32,000 nt of DNA from Rhodobacterales bacterium Alpha_02 (GCA_001603295.1 LUYO01000036.1:1-32000), one strand, 5' to 3'. Counted from the stretch's first letter, positions 8,759 to 16,999 are shown. Translations and numbers: made by a program. The notes: generated from the sequence alone by a model not told the origin.

Positions 8759-9264
8759 AGCGCTACGACCAGGACGCGCGCCATCGCGTGACGGTGGTGC
8801 TCAACGGACAGGAACGCAGCGGGCTGTGCGAATCGCGCATGCTGCTGTCGGACTTCCTGCGCGAAACGCTGGGAGCCACCGGCACGCACGTGGGTTGCGA
8901 GCACGGCGTCTGCGGCGCATGCACGGTGCAGATCGACGGTGTGGCGGTGCGCTCGTGCATGACGCTGGCCGTGCAGGCCGACGGCATGCGCGTGGATACG
9001 GTCGAGGGCCTGGCGGAAGCGCAGGACCGCATGAGCGACCTGCAGGAGGCCTTTCGCCGCAATCATGCGCTGCAGTGCGGCTTCTGTACCGCCGGCATCC
9101 TGATGTCCTGCGACGACTACCTGAAGCGCAATCCCGATCCCACGGAAACGCAGGTGCGCGACATGCTGTCCGGCCATCTTTGCCGCTGTACCGGCTACAC
9201 GAACATCGTCAACGCGGTGCTGGAAACCGCGGCGTCGCGCCGTGCGTCTTCGGCGCAGCCATAA
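8755..9264 (+). CDS. hmfC: (2Fe-2S)-binding small subunit (CoxS-like); putative furoyl-CoA dehydrogenase Fe-S subunit (HmfC-like)
   Basis: Cys motifs GCEHGVCGACTV, CGFCTAG and CRCTGY. ATGA overlap with the upstream gene at 8755-8758. I trimmed the ORF-track start (8605). Confidence 0.9.
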   Translation: MKRYDQDARHRVTVVLNGQERSGLCESRMLLSDFLRETLGATGTHVGCEHGVCGACTVQIDGVAVRSCMTLAVQADGMRVDTVEGLAEAQDRMSDLQEAFRRNHALQCGFCTAGILMSCDDYLKRNPDPTETQVRDMLSGHLCRCTGYTNIVNAVLETAASRRASSAQP

Positions 9265-9285
9265 CTCAACTCTGGGGAACCGCAA

Positions 9286-10860
9286 ATGCTGGATCTGGGA
9301 AGAACATTCTTGCAAAGCGTGGAACGCAGTCCAGGCAACCTCGCCATCGTCGATGGCGACAAGGCGCTGACGTATCGGCAGTGGCGCGATGAAATCGCCG
9401 GGCTGGCGGCGGGGCTCGGGTCCGTGGGCCTGAAGCGCGGCGACCGCGTGCTGGCAGTCATGCAGAATCGCTACGAGATGGCGACCCTGCACTGGGCCTG
9501 CCAGTTCGCGGGTGTGGTGGTAGTACCGCTGAACTGGCGCGCCAAGCCCGAGGAAATCGGCTATTGCGTCCAGGATGCGCAGGTCGGGGCGGTCTTCTTC
9601 GAGGGCGTCAGTGCGCCCGCGGTCGAAGCCGCGGACATCGCCTCCGGCGTGCGCAAGGTGTCGGTCGGCATGGGCGCCGGGGCCGGCGACGTACTGGCCT
9701 TCGAAGATCTGATCCAGCCTGGCGGCGTGCTGGAGCCGCTGGCGAACAGCGAGGATATATCGCTGATGCTGTATACCTCCGGCACGACGGGCAACCCCAA
9801 GGGCGTGCCGCGCAGGCACAGGCAGGAGCGCACGGCGGCGCTGGGGCACGTGGCGCAGAACCTGTATCGCCGGGGTGAACGCACGCTGGGCGTCATGCCG
9901 CTCTATCACACCATGGGCGTGCGTTCCCTGCTGAGCATGGCGCTGGTCGACGGCGCGTTCGTCTGCATGCCGAAATTCGATCCGCTGCATGCGCTGGAAC
10001 AGATCGGCAAGCATGCCGTCACCTGCCTGTATCTGGTGCCGACGCTGTATCACGACATGCTCAAGCAGTATGTCCCCGGCACGCACGACATTTCCGCCGT
10101 CAGGAAGCTGGGCTTCGCGGGCGCATCCATGCCTGATGGGCTGCTGATTCGCCTGCAGGAGGTCTTCCAGCCGGAACTGTTCGTGAACCACTATGGTTCT
10201 TCCGAGGTCTACACCTTCTCCATCGAACCGGATGCCGTGAAGAAGCCGGGCAGTGCGGGCCGCGCCGGCATCAACACGCGTCTGCGCGTGATTTCGCTGG
10301 ATTCCAGGGACGTGGGCCGCCTGGCGGCGGTCGGCGAGGAGGGGCAGATCATCGCCGACCTGTCGGGCGACGAGGCTTTCGAGGGCTACTGGAACCGCCC
10401 GGACGCCGATGCCAGGTCCATCCAGGACGGCTGGTACTTCACGGGCGATATCGGCTACCTGGATGCCGACGGCGACCTGTTCGTGACGGGGCGCGTGGAC
10501 GACATGATGATCAGTGGCGGGGAGAACATTTCTCCCGTCGATATCGAATCCGTGCTGTCGCTGCATGACGCCGTGGACGAGGTGGCCGTGGTCGGCCTGC
10601 CGGACGAGCGCTGGGGGCAGCGCGTCACGGCATTCGTCAAGCTCCGCTATCCGGCCGATGCGGCAGTCCTGGACGCGCATTGCCGCAATTCCGACCTGCA
10701 GAATTTCAAGCGGCCGCGCGACTACGTCTTTGTGCAATCCATCCCCAAGTCGCCGGTCGGCAAGCTGTTGCGCCGCCTTCTGATCGCGGGGCAATACGAG
10801 CGTGTGGACGCTTCCGGCAATGAACAGCGCCCGGTGTCCGGGGCAGGAGAGAAATCATGA
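9286..10860 (+). CDS. hmfD: AMP-dependent synthetase/ligase (acyl-CoA synthetase); putative 2-furoyl-CoA synthetase (HmfD-like)
   Basis: 524-aa ORF with the adenylate-forming motifs LYTSGTTGNPKGV, YGSSE and FTGDIGYLDADGDLFVTGRVDDMMISGGENI. Substrate is assigned from gene context only. Confidence 0.85.
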   Translation: MLDLGRTFLQSVERSPGNLAIVDGDKALTYRQWRDEIAGLAAGLGSVGLKRGDRVLAVMQNRYEMATLHWACQFAGVVVVPLNWRAKPEEIGYCVQDAQVGAVFFEGVSAPAVEAADIASGVRKVSVGMGAGAGDVLAFEDLIQPGGVLEPLANSEDISLMLYTSGTTGNPKGVPRRHRQERTAALGHVAQNLYRRGERTLGVMPLYHTMGVRSLLSMALVDGAFVCMPKFDPLHALEQIGKHAVTCLYLVPTLYHDMLKQYVPGTHDISAVRKLGFAGASMPDGLLIRLQEVFQPELFVNHYGSSEVYTFSIEPDAVKKPGSAGRAGINTRLRVISLDSRDVGRLAAVGEEGQIIADLSGDEAFEGYWNRPDADARSIQDGWYFTGDIGYLDADGDLFVTGRVDDMMISGGENISPVDIESVLSLHDAVDEVAVVGLPDERWGQRVTAFVKLRYPADAAVLDAHCRNSDLQNFKRPRDYVFVQSIPKSPVGKLLRRLLIAGQYERVDASGNEQRPVSGAGEKS

Positions 10861-12296
10861 AGCACATTGGCCAACCCTATGACGACCTGCGCGCATGGCT
10901 GCGGCACCTGACGAAGACCGGCCGCGTGGCGGTGATACGCGAAGGCGTCGGCCTGCGCCACGAGCTGGCGGCGATCGCCAAGCGCCTGGACGGCGACAAG
11001 GCGACCTATTTCCCCAGGCCCGACGGCCATGAGATGCCGGTGATCTCCGGCTTCATGTCGCAGCGCGGCTGGATCGCGGAGGCCATGGGCGTGGCGGACG
11101 CCGATGTCCTGTCCGCGTTCCGGCGCGCCGCGCAGTCGCCCCTGCCCTGGCGGGAGGTGGAACCCGGCGCGGCAAGCTGCCAGCAGGTGGTGCACACCGA
11201 TATCGACATGCATGCGCTGCTGCCCATTCCGACGCACAGCGAGCACGACAACGGCCCATACATCACGGCAGGCATGGTCATCGCGCGCAATCCGGTCACG
11301 GGCGTGCAGAATGTGTCGATCAACCGCATCCAGGTGCATGGCAAGGACCGCATGGCGCTGCTGATGCTGCCGCGCCACCTGTACGCTTTCTTCAAGGAGG
11401 CGCAGGCGCAGGGCTTGGCTCTGCCGGTGGCCATCGTCATCGGCGCGGATCCGCTGACGCTCCTGGCGTCGCAGGCCATCACCCCGATCGACCACGACGA
11501 ACTGGAAATCGCGGGCGCGCTGCATGGCAAGCCGCTGCCCGTCGTGAAGTGCCTGAGCAACGAGGTGCGCGTTCCTGCCAATGCGGAAATCGTGATCGAG
11601 GGCCGCATCCTGCCCGATGAAATGGATCTGGAAGGGCCGTTCGGCGAATTCCCGAAATACTACAGCGCCCAGGAGAAGCGCGAAGTCATCATGGTGGATC
11701 GCGTGACGCACAGGCGTTCGCCCGTCTATCACACCATCATTCCCGCGGAATACGAGCACCTGCTGCTGGGCTCCATTCCGCGCGAGGCGACGCTGCTGGC
11801 GCATCTGCAGCGCAGTTTCCCGAATGTGCTGGATGTGCACCTGTCCATGGGGGGCGTCGGCCGCTACCACCTGTACGTCAAGATCCGCAAGATGCACGAA
11901 GGGCAGCCGAAGAATGTGATCCTGTGCGCGTTCGGCGCGCACTACGACATCAAGCACGTCGTGGTGGTTGACGAGGACGTGGACGTGCACCAGCCCAGGC
12001 AGGTCGAATGGGCGCTGGCCACGCGCTTCCAGGCCGACGTGGATCTGGTGGTCATCTCCGGCGCCCAGGGTTCCGTGCTGGATCCGTCCACGACGACGCG
12101 CTTTTCGCTGGAGGACCAGGTGGGGATGCCTGAATCCCACGAGCAGGGCATCAGCGCCAAGATGGGCATGGACGCCACGCGCCCGGTCAGGTATCACGAG
12201 CACGTCTTCACCAAGGTCAGGATTCCGGGCGAGGACACGCTGGACCTGGAGCAGTTCGTCGTGTCGGGAGCGACCGTCGACTGGCAGGCGGACTGA
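10857..12296 (+). CDS. hmfF: UbiD-family (prFMN-dependent) decarboxylase; putative 2,5-furandicarboxylate decarboxylase (HmfF-like)
   Basis: 479-aa ORF. UbiD hallmarks: NVSINRIQV, DELEIAGAL.GKPLPVVKC and EGPFGEFPKYY. ATGA overlap with the ligase gene at 10857-10860. Confidence 0.85.
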   Translation: MKHIGQPYDDLRAWLRHLTKTGRVAVIREGVGLRHELAAIAKRLDGDKATYFPRPDGHEMPVISGFMSQRGWIAEAMGVADADVLSAFRRAAQSPLPWREVEPGAASCQQVVHTDIDMHALLPIPTHSEHDNGPYITAGMVIARNPVTGVQNVSINRIQVHGKDRMALLMLPRHLYAFFKEAQAQGLALPVAIVIGADPLTLLASQAITPIDHDELEIAGALHGKPLPVVKCLSNEVRVPANAEIVIEGRILPDEMDLEGPFGEFPKYYSAQEKREVIMVDRVTHRRSPVYHTIIPAEYEHLLLGSIPREATLLAHLQRSFPNVLDVHLSMGGVGRYHLYVKIRKMHEGQPKNVILCAFGAHYDIKHVVVVDEDVDVHQPRQVEWALATRFQADVDLVVISGAQGSVLDPSTTTRFSLEDQVGMPESHEQGISAKMGMDATRPVRYHEHVFTKVRIPGEDTLDLEQFVVSGATVDWQAD

Positions 12297-12297
12297 G

Positions 12298-12975
12298 ATG
12301 CATACGCTGAGCGAAACCTCTTCAGCCGGCGGCCGCCCGCAGCCCGGCGCGCGGCCGCGCAGGCTCGTCATCGCCATCACCGGCGCGAGTGGAGCCATCT
12401 ACGGCGTGCGCATGCTGCAGGTGCTGCGCAGCCTTCCAGGATGGGAAAGCCACCTGATCCTGTCGGCTTCCGGCGTGCTGACCGCGACCCAGGAGCTGGG
12501 CATGTCGCGCGGCGAGATCGAAAGCCTGGCGGACGTGGTGCACAGCGTCAAGGACATCGGCGCCACGCTGTCGAGCGGATCGTTCCGGCACGACGGCATG
12601 ATCGTAGCGCCTTGCTCCATGAAGACGCTGGCGGGCATTGCGCACGGGCTTTCCGACAACCTCATCAGCCGAGCGGCGGACGTGGCGCTGAAGGAGCGTC
12701 GGCGCGTGGTCCTGATGGTGCGCGAAAGCCCTCTGAACCTTGCGCATCTGCGCAATATGGTGGCCGCCACCGAAATGGGCGCGATCATCTGCCCGCCGGT
12801 GCCGGCGTTCTATGCATGTCCGGAAACGCTGGAGGACATGGTTTCGCATACTGTCGGACGGGCGCTGGACCTGTTCGACATTCCGCATGAAGGCCTGCTG
12901 GTCCGATGGGCCGGCATGGCGCCAATGCGCCGCAATCGCCAGGCGGTAACGGCGGACGCCGCCGATGTCTGCTGA
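12298..12975 (+). CDS. hmfG: UbiX-family flavin prenyltransferase (prFMN synthase), partner of the UbiD decarboxylase (HmfG-like)
   Basis: RRLVIAITGASGAIYGVRMLQVL...MIVAPCSMKTLAGIAHG.SDNLISRAADV.LKERR is the canonical UbiX core. ATG 12298 lies 1 nt after the UbiD stop. I trimmed the ORF-track start (11968). The stop codon lies inside the 128-bp repeat. Confidence 0.9.
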   Translation: MHTLSETSSAGGRPQPGARPRRLVIAITGASGAIYGVRMLQVLRSLPGWESHLILSASGVLTATQELGMSRGEIESLADVVHSVKDIGATLSSGSFRHDGMIVAPCSMKTLAGIAHGLSDNLISRAADVALKERRRVVLMVRESPLNLAHLRNMVAATEMGAIICPPVPAFYACPETLEDMVSHTVGRALDLFDIPHEGLLVRWAGMAPMRRNRQAVTADAADVC

Positions 12976-13099
12976 CCACGCGCCCAAGCGCAAGCCCCGG
13001 ACTTCAGTCCGAGGTCATGCGAGGCAGTGTTCATATGGCGCCGCAGGCGCCCCCGTATTGTGGCGGGGAAACTCCCGGCTTTAGCCGGGAGCGACTCAC
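12972..13099 (+). repeat. 128-bp structured intergenic repeat, copy 1, between the hmfG-like and hmfE-like genes inside the operon
   Basis: Aligns without indels to 17000-17127 at a constant offset of 4028 nt. I count 19 mismatches by eye. It contains three hairpins: 12995-13014 (TTCA loop), GGCGCC-GCA-GGCGCC (13038-13052), and 13072-13091 (perfect 8-bp stem, TTTA loop). Confidence 0.85.
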
Positions 13100-13133
13100 G
13101 CGGCAAATTATCAAAATCAACAAGGAGCAGGAA

Positions 13134-13940
13134 ATGACTGTATTGAAACACCCCGCGCAGGAAAAGCTGGCCGACCTGGACGGGTTCCGAGTCGAGATCG
13201 ATGCAAAGCAGAAGCGGGCCGACATCGTGCTCGATCGTCCGCCGTTCAATATCATTTCGATGGCGCAGCGCGATCAGTTGCGCCTGGTGTTCGAATCGCT
13301 GGACGAGAACGACGACGTGCGCGTGATCGTGCTGCGCGCCGAAGGCGAGCACTTTTCCAGCGGTGGGGACATCAAGGGCTTCCTGGAGGCCAGTCCCGAG
13401 CATGTTTCCAAGCTGGCATGGAACATTGCGGCGCCGGCGCGCTGCTCCAAGCCTGTCATCGCGGTGAACCAGGGCTATTGCTTCGGCGTGGGCTTCGAGA
13501 TCTCTCTGGCCTGCGATTTCCGCATCGTGACTGAAACCACGCAATATGCGCTGCCGGAGCAGAAGCTGGGGCAGATCCCGGGCTCGGGCGGTTCTGCACG
13601 GCTGCAGAAGATGGTAGGCATCACGCGCACCAAGGATGTCGTCATGCGCTCGCGCCGCATCCCCGGCAAGCAGGCCTACGACTGGGGCGTGGCGACGGAG
13701 TATGTGGAGCTGGGCGACCTGGCGGCGGCCACGGATCGCCTGGTCAAGGAGCTGGTGTACTTCTCGCCCCTGGCGCAGCGCACGGCCAAGAAGCTGCTCA
13801 ACGATTCCGAGGATGCTTCCCTGGCTGCCGGCATCGAGCTGGAGGGCCACTGCTACAGCCGCCTGCGCTCGTCGGACGATTTCCGCGAGGGCGTCGAGGC
13901 GTTCCACGGGAAGCGTGCGCCGAAGTTCATCGGCAGCTGA
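13134..13940 (+). CDS. hmfE: Enoyl-CoA hydratase/isomerase (crotonase) family protein; putative 2-oxoglutaroyl-CoA hydrolase (HmfE-like)
   Basis: 268-aa protein from ATG 13134, preceded by AAGGAGCAGGAA. Crotonase features: LDRPPFNII, FSSGGDIKGF, NQGYCFGVGFEISLACDFRI and FREGVEAFHGKRAPKF. I trimmed the ORF-track start (12906). Confidence 0.85.
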   Translation: MTVLKHPAQEKLADLDGFRVEIDAKQKRADIVLDRPPFNIISMAQRDQLRLVFESLDENDDVRVIVLRAEGEHFSSGGDIKGFLEASPEHVSKLAWNIAAPARCSKPVIAVNQGYCFGVGFEISLACDFRIVTETTQYALPEQKLGQIPGSGGSARLQKMVGITRTKDVVMRSRRIPGKQAYDWGVATEYVELGDLAAATDRLVKELVYFSPLAQRTAKKLLNDSEDASLAAGIELEGHCYSRLRSSDDFREGVEAFHGKRAPKFIGS

Positions 13941-14031
13941 TGCCGCAGGCGCTTTATGGGAGGAGGGCCGGAGGCGCCGTCGTCTCCGGCTGGAAAAGAA
14001 TCGTGATCGCGGATGCAGCGGGAAGGATGCG

Positions 14032-15186
14032 ATGAGCAGACTGGATAAGGTGTTGTCGATAGAGGACCTGCGCCGCATGGCGCGCAGCCGCCTGCCCGTG
14101 GGAATTTTCGGCTACGTGGACGGCGCGGCGGAGGACCAGCAGTCGAAGGCGGCGAACCGTCGGGCCTTTGAGCGCTGGGCGTTCCTGCCGCATATTCTGA
14201 CGAATGTTGCGCAGCGCAATCTGTCGCGTTCCCTGTTCGGCAAGGAATACGCCATGCCCGTGGGCATCAGCCCGATGGGCGCTTCCGGGCTTTGCTGGTT
14301 CGAAGGCGACTTGGCCATGGCCGCTGCGGCAAGGGAGGCCGGCGTGCCGGCGGTGCTCAGCGCCGCCTCCAGCATTCCGCTGGAAGAGGTGGCCGCGGTG
14401 AATCCCGATATCTGGTACCAGGCCTACCTGCCCGCGGATCCGCAGGTGATCCTGCCGCTGTTCGCGCGTGTCGAGCGCGCGGGTATCGAAGTGATGGTGG
14501 TGACCGTCGATGTACCTATCGCCTCCACGAGGGAGAACGAGCTGCGCAATGGCTTTTCCCTGCCGTTGCGGCCCAGCCTGCAGCTGGCATGGTCCGGGCT
14601 TGTGCGCCCCCGCTGGCTGGCGGGAAATTTCGCGCAGACCCTGATGCGCCGGGGAGTGCCGCATTTCGAGAATTTTACGGCGCAGCGGGGCGGCCCGATC
14701 ATCTCGGCGCCCAGGAAGGATCACCGCTCGGGCAGAGCGGCGATGAGCTGGGACGAGATCCGCCTGATGCGCGATCACTGGAAGGGAAAACTGGTGATCA
14801 AGGGCGTGCTGCGCCCCGAGGACGCGCGGCTTGCCGCAGGCATCGGAGCCGACGGCATCGTAGTGTCGAATCACGGCGGGCGGCAGTTGGACGGCGCATG
14901 CGCTACGCTGGACGCCTTGCCGGGCATCGCGGCAGCCGCCGGCGGCATGGCCGTGATGATCGATAGCGGTTTCCGGCGGGGAACGGACGTGCTCAAGGCA
15001 TTGTGCCTGGGCGCGGATTTCGTATTCGTCGGACGGCCCGCCCTCTATGGGCTGGCGGCGGGGGGACAGGCCGGCGCGGCGAAGGCGCTGGAGGTTCTGC
15101 GCCAGGAGCTGGACGTGAACATGGCGCTGCTGGGCGTGGCGGATATTGCGCATCTGGACCAGGCATATATCATGCGCGCGGATTGA
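14032..15186 (+). CDS. FMN-dependent alpha-hydroxy-acid dehydrogenase/oxidase (L-lactate / glycolate / (S)-mandelate dehydrogenase family)
   Basis: 384-aa protein MSRLDKVLSIEDLRRMARSRLP..F.Y.DGAAED, with SNHGGRQLD and DSGFRRGTDVLKALCLGA motifs. I trimmed the ORF-track start (13636) to ATG 14032. Confidence 0.88.
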   Translation: MSRLDKVLSIEDLRRMARSRLPVGIFGYVDGAAEDQQSKAANRRAFERWAFLPHILTNVAQRNLSRSLFGKEYAMPVGISPMGASGLCWFEGDLAMAAAAREAGVPAVLSAASSIPLEEVAAVNPDIWYQAYLPADPQVILPLFARVERAGIEVMVVTVDVPIASTRENELRNGFSLPLRPSLQLAWSGLVRPRWLAGNFAQTLMRRGVPHFENFTAQRGGPIISAPRKDHRSGRAAMSWDEIRLMRDHWKGKLVIKGVLRPEDARLAAGIGADGIVVSNHGGRQLDGACATLDALPGIAAAAGGMAVMIDSGFRRGTDVLKALCLGADFVFVGRPALYGLAAGGQAGAAKALEVLRQELDVNMALLGVADIAHLDQAYIMRAD

Positions 15187-15203
15187 ACATCAAGGAGAAA
15201 GGA

Positions 15204-16889
15204 ATGAAGGCAACAGGGTTGGCGTCGCGTACGGGCGGACAGGTACTGGTCGATGCATTGCGTATACATGGCGTCGATACGGCGTATTGCGTGCCGGGCG
15301 AAAGTTTCCTGGCGGTGCTCGATGCCCTGCATGAGGTTAAGGACGCGCTGCGGCTGATCGTGTGCCGCCAGGAAGGCGGCGCGGCGCATATGGCGGAAGC
15401 CCATGGCAAGCTGACCGGCAGGCCGGGTATCTGCTTCGCGACGCGCGGTCCGGGAGCGACCAATGCCAGCATCGCCGTGCATACGGCCCGCCAGGATTCC
15501 ACGCCGCTGATCCTGTTCATCGGCCAGGTGGGCCGCGACTGCATGGAGCGTGAGGCCTGGCAGGAAATCGATTACCGGCACATGTATGGCCATATCGCCA
15601 AGTGGGTGGCGCAGATCGAAGATCCCGCGCGCATTCCCGAGATGATCAGCCGGGCGTTCCACGTGGCCATGTCGGGCAGGCCGGGTCCTGTCGTGATCGC
15701 GCTGCCGGAAGACATGCTGGCCGAGCAGGTGAGCGTGGCGGATGCGCCGGCCTATCGCGTGACGCGGGCCGCGCCAGATCCTGCGGCGATGGCCGAACTG
15801 AGGGAGAGGCTGCAGTCGGCGCAGCGTCCGGTGATGGTGCTGGGAGGCGGAGGCTGGCGGACCGAGGGCAGCGAAGCGATCGGCAGGTTCGCGCAATCCT
15901 TCGGTGTGCCCGTCATCGCGGCTTTCCGGCGCCAGGACCTGCTGGACAATCGCCACCCCTGCTATAGCGGCGAGGCCGGGCTGGGCATGAATCCCAGGAT
16001 CGCCGAACGCATCCGCACCGCGGACCTGGTCGTGGCGGTCGGGGCCCGTCTGGGCGAGACATCGACGAACGGCTACGCCTTGCTGGATGTGCCCAGGCCG
16101 GAGCAGACACTGGTGCACGTGCATGCCGATCCCAACGAACTGGGACGCGTCTACCATGCGGATGTCCCGGTCACGGCGGACGTGAACGCGTTCGCCCTGG
16201 CGGCGGCGGGCATGGCGCCGCCGGAAGGCCTGTCCGCCGGGCGCAGCGCATGGCTGGAGCAGGCGCGCAAGGATTACGAGGATTCGCTGGCGCCGGAGCC
16301 CATGCCGGGCGACGTCAACCTGGGCGAGGTCGTCAGGCACATGGATCGCATCCTCGGGCCGGAAACGATCGTGTCGAACGGAGCCGGCAACTACACTTTG
16401 TGGGTGCAGCGCTTCCATACCTACACCGGCATACGCACCCAACTGGCGCCGACCAGCGGCACAATGGGCTATGGCGTGCCGGCCGCGATTGCCGCGAAGC
16501 TGGTGTATCCCGATCGCCCTGTGGTCTGCTTCGCTGGCGACGGCTGCTTCCTGATGAATGGCCAGGAGCTGGCGACGGCCATGCAGTATGGCCTGGACCC
16601 GCTCTTCATCGTGGTCAACAACGGCATGTACGGCAGCATCCGCATGCACCAGGAAAAGCATTATCCGGGGCGCGTGCACGGCACCGAGCTGCATAATCCG
16701 GATTTCGTAGCGCTGGCGCAGGCCTACGGGCTGCATGCGGAACTGGTGGAACGGACGGAAGATTTCCCCGCTGCGCTGGAACGCGCGCGTGGCGCGGGCC
16801 GCGCGGCCTTGATCGAACTGCGCGTACCGCAGGATGCGCTGTCGCCCAAGCTTACGGTCTCCGCGCTCAGGAGGCAGGCGGGGCTGTAG
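15204..16889 (+). CDS. Thiamine-diphosphate-binding protein of the acetolactate-synthase / benzoylformate-decarboxylase superfamily; subfamily and substrate unassigned
   Basis: 561-aa protein from ATG 15204, preceded by AAGGAGAAAGGA. N-terminal Pyr domain GGQVLVDALRIHGVDTAYCVPGESFL...RQEGGAAHMAEA. C-terminal ThDP motif GDGCFLMNGQELATA...VVNNG. Confidence 0.85.
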   Translation: MKATGLASRTGGQVLVDALRIHGVDTAYCVPGESFLAVLDALHEVKDALRLIVCRQEGGAAHMAEAHGKLTGRPGICFATRGPGATNASIAVHTARQDSTPLILFIGQVGRDCMEREAWQEIDYRHMYGHIAKWVAQIEDPARIPEMISRAFHVAMSGRPGPVVIALPEDMLAEQVSVADAPAYRVTRAAPDPAAMAELRERLQSAQRPVMVLGGGGWRTEGSEAIGRFAQSFGVPVIAAFRRQDLLDNRHPCYSGEAGLGMNPRIAERIRTADLVVAVGARLGETSTNGYALLDVPRPEQTLVHVHADPNELGRVYHADVPVTADVNAFALAAAGMAPPEGLSAGRSAWLEQARKDYEDSLAPEPMPGDVNLGEVVRHMDRILGPETIVSNGAGNYTLWVQRFHTYTGIRTQLAPTSGTMGYGVPAAIAAKLVYPDRPVVCFAGDGCFLMNGQELATAMQYGLDPLFIVVNNGMYGSIRMHQEKHYPGRVHGTELHNPDFVALAQAYGLHAELVERTEDFPAALERARGAGRAALIELRVPQDALSPKLTVSALRRQAGL

Positions 16890-16939
16890 ACTGTTCGATA
16901 TTCATGCGCGCGGCGCTCTTGCGTGGGACGGATGAGGGC

Positions 16940-16981
16940 AGCGGGACGGGAAGCGATGCTCTCGTCCCGCTTTGCTTTCTT
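16940..16981 (+). terminator. Rho-independent-type terminator closing the 13-gene + strand string
   Basis: Perfect 9-bp stem AGCGGGACG (16940-16948) / CGTCCCGCT (16963-16971) with a 14-nt loop, followed by TTGCTTTCTT. It lies 51 nt after the ThDP-enzyme stop. Confidence 0.55.
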
Positions 16982-16999
16982 CAGCTCGAGGCTTCCAGG

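Noticed and set aside
4947-9264. Interpretation of the L/M/S + CoxG + XdhC set as an aerobic carbon monoxide dehydrogenase (cox) cluster.
   Set aside because: I do not see the form-I CODH active-site loop (AYRCSFR-type). The genes are translationally chained to a CoA ligase, UbiD/UbiX and a crotonase, which fits an acyl-CoA hydroxylase (furoyl-CoA dehydrogenase type) better. This still needs a phylogeny to confirm.
12972-13099. The 128-bp element as a riboswitch or leader controlling the downstream hmfE-like gene.
   Set aside because: The second copy (17000-17127) lies between two convergent gene 3' ends with no downstream gene to regulate. A REP/MITE-like or mRNA-stability role is more consistent. 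I recognise no known riboswitch consensus.
13968-13990. Hairpin GCCGGAG-N9-CTCCGGC after the hmfE-like stop, considered as an internal terminator.
   Set aside because: The stem is only 7 bp, no T-tract follows (tggaaaagaa), and the next co-directional gene starts 42 nt later. At most it is a weak attenuator or processing site, so I do not report it as a feature.
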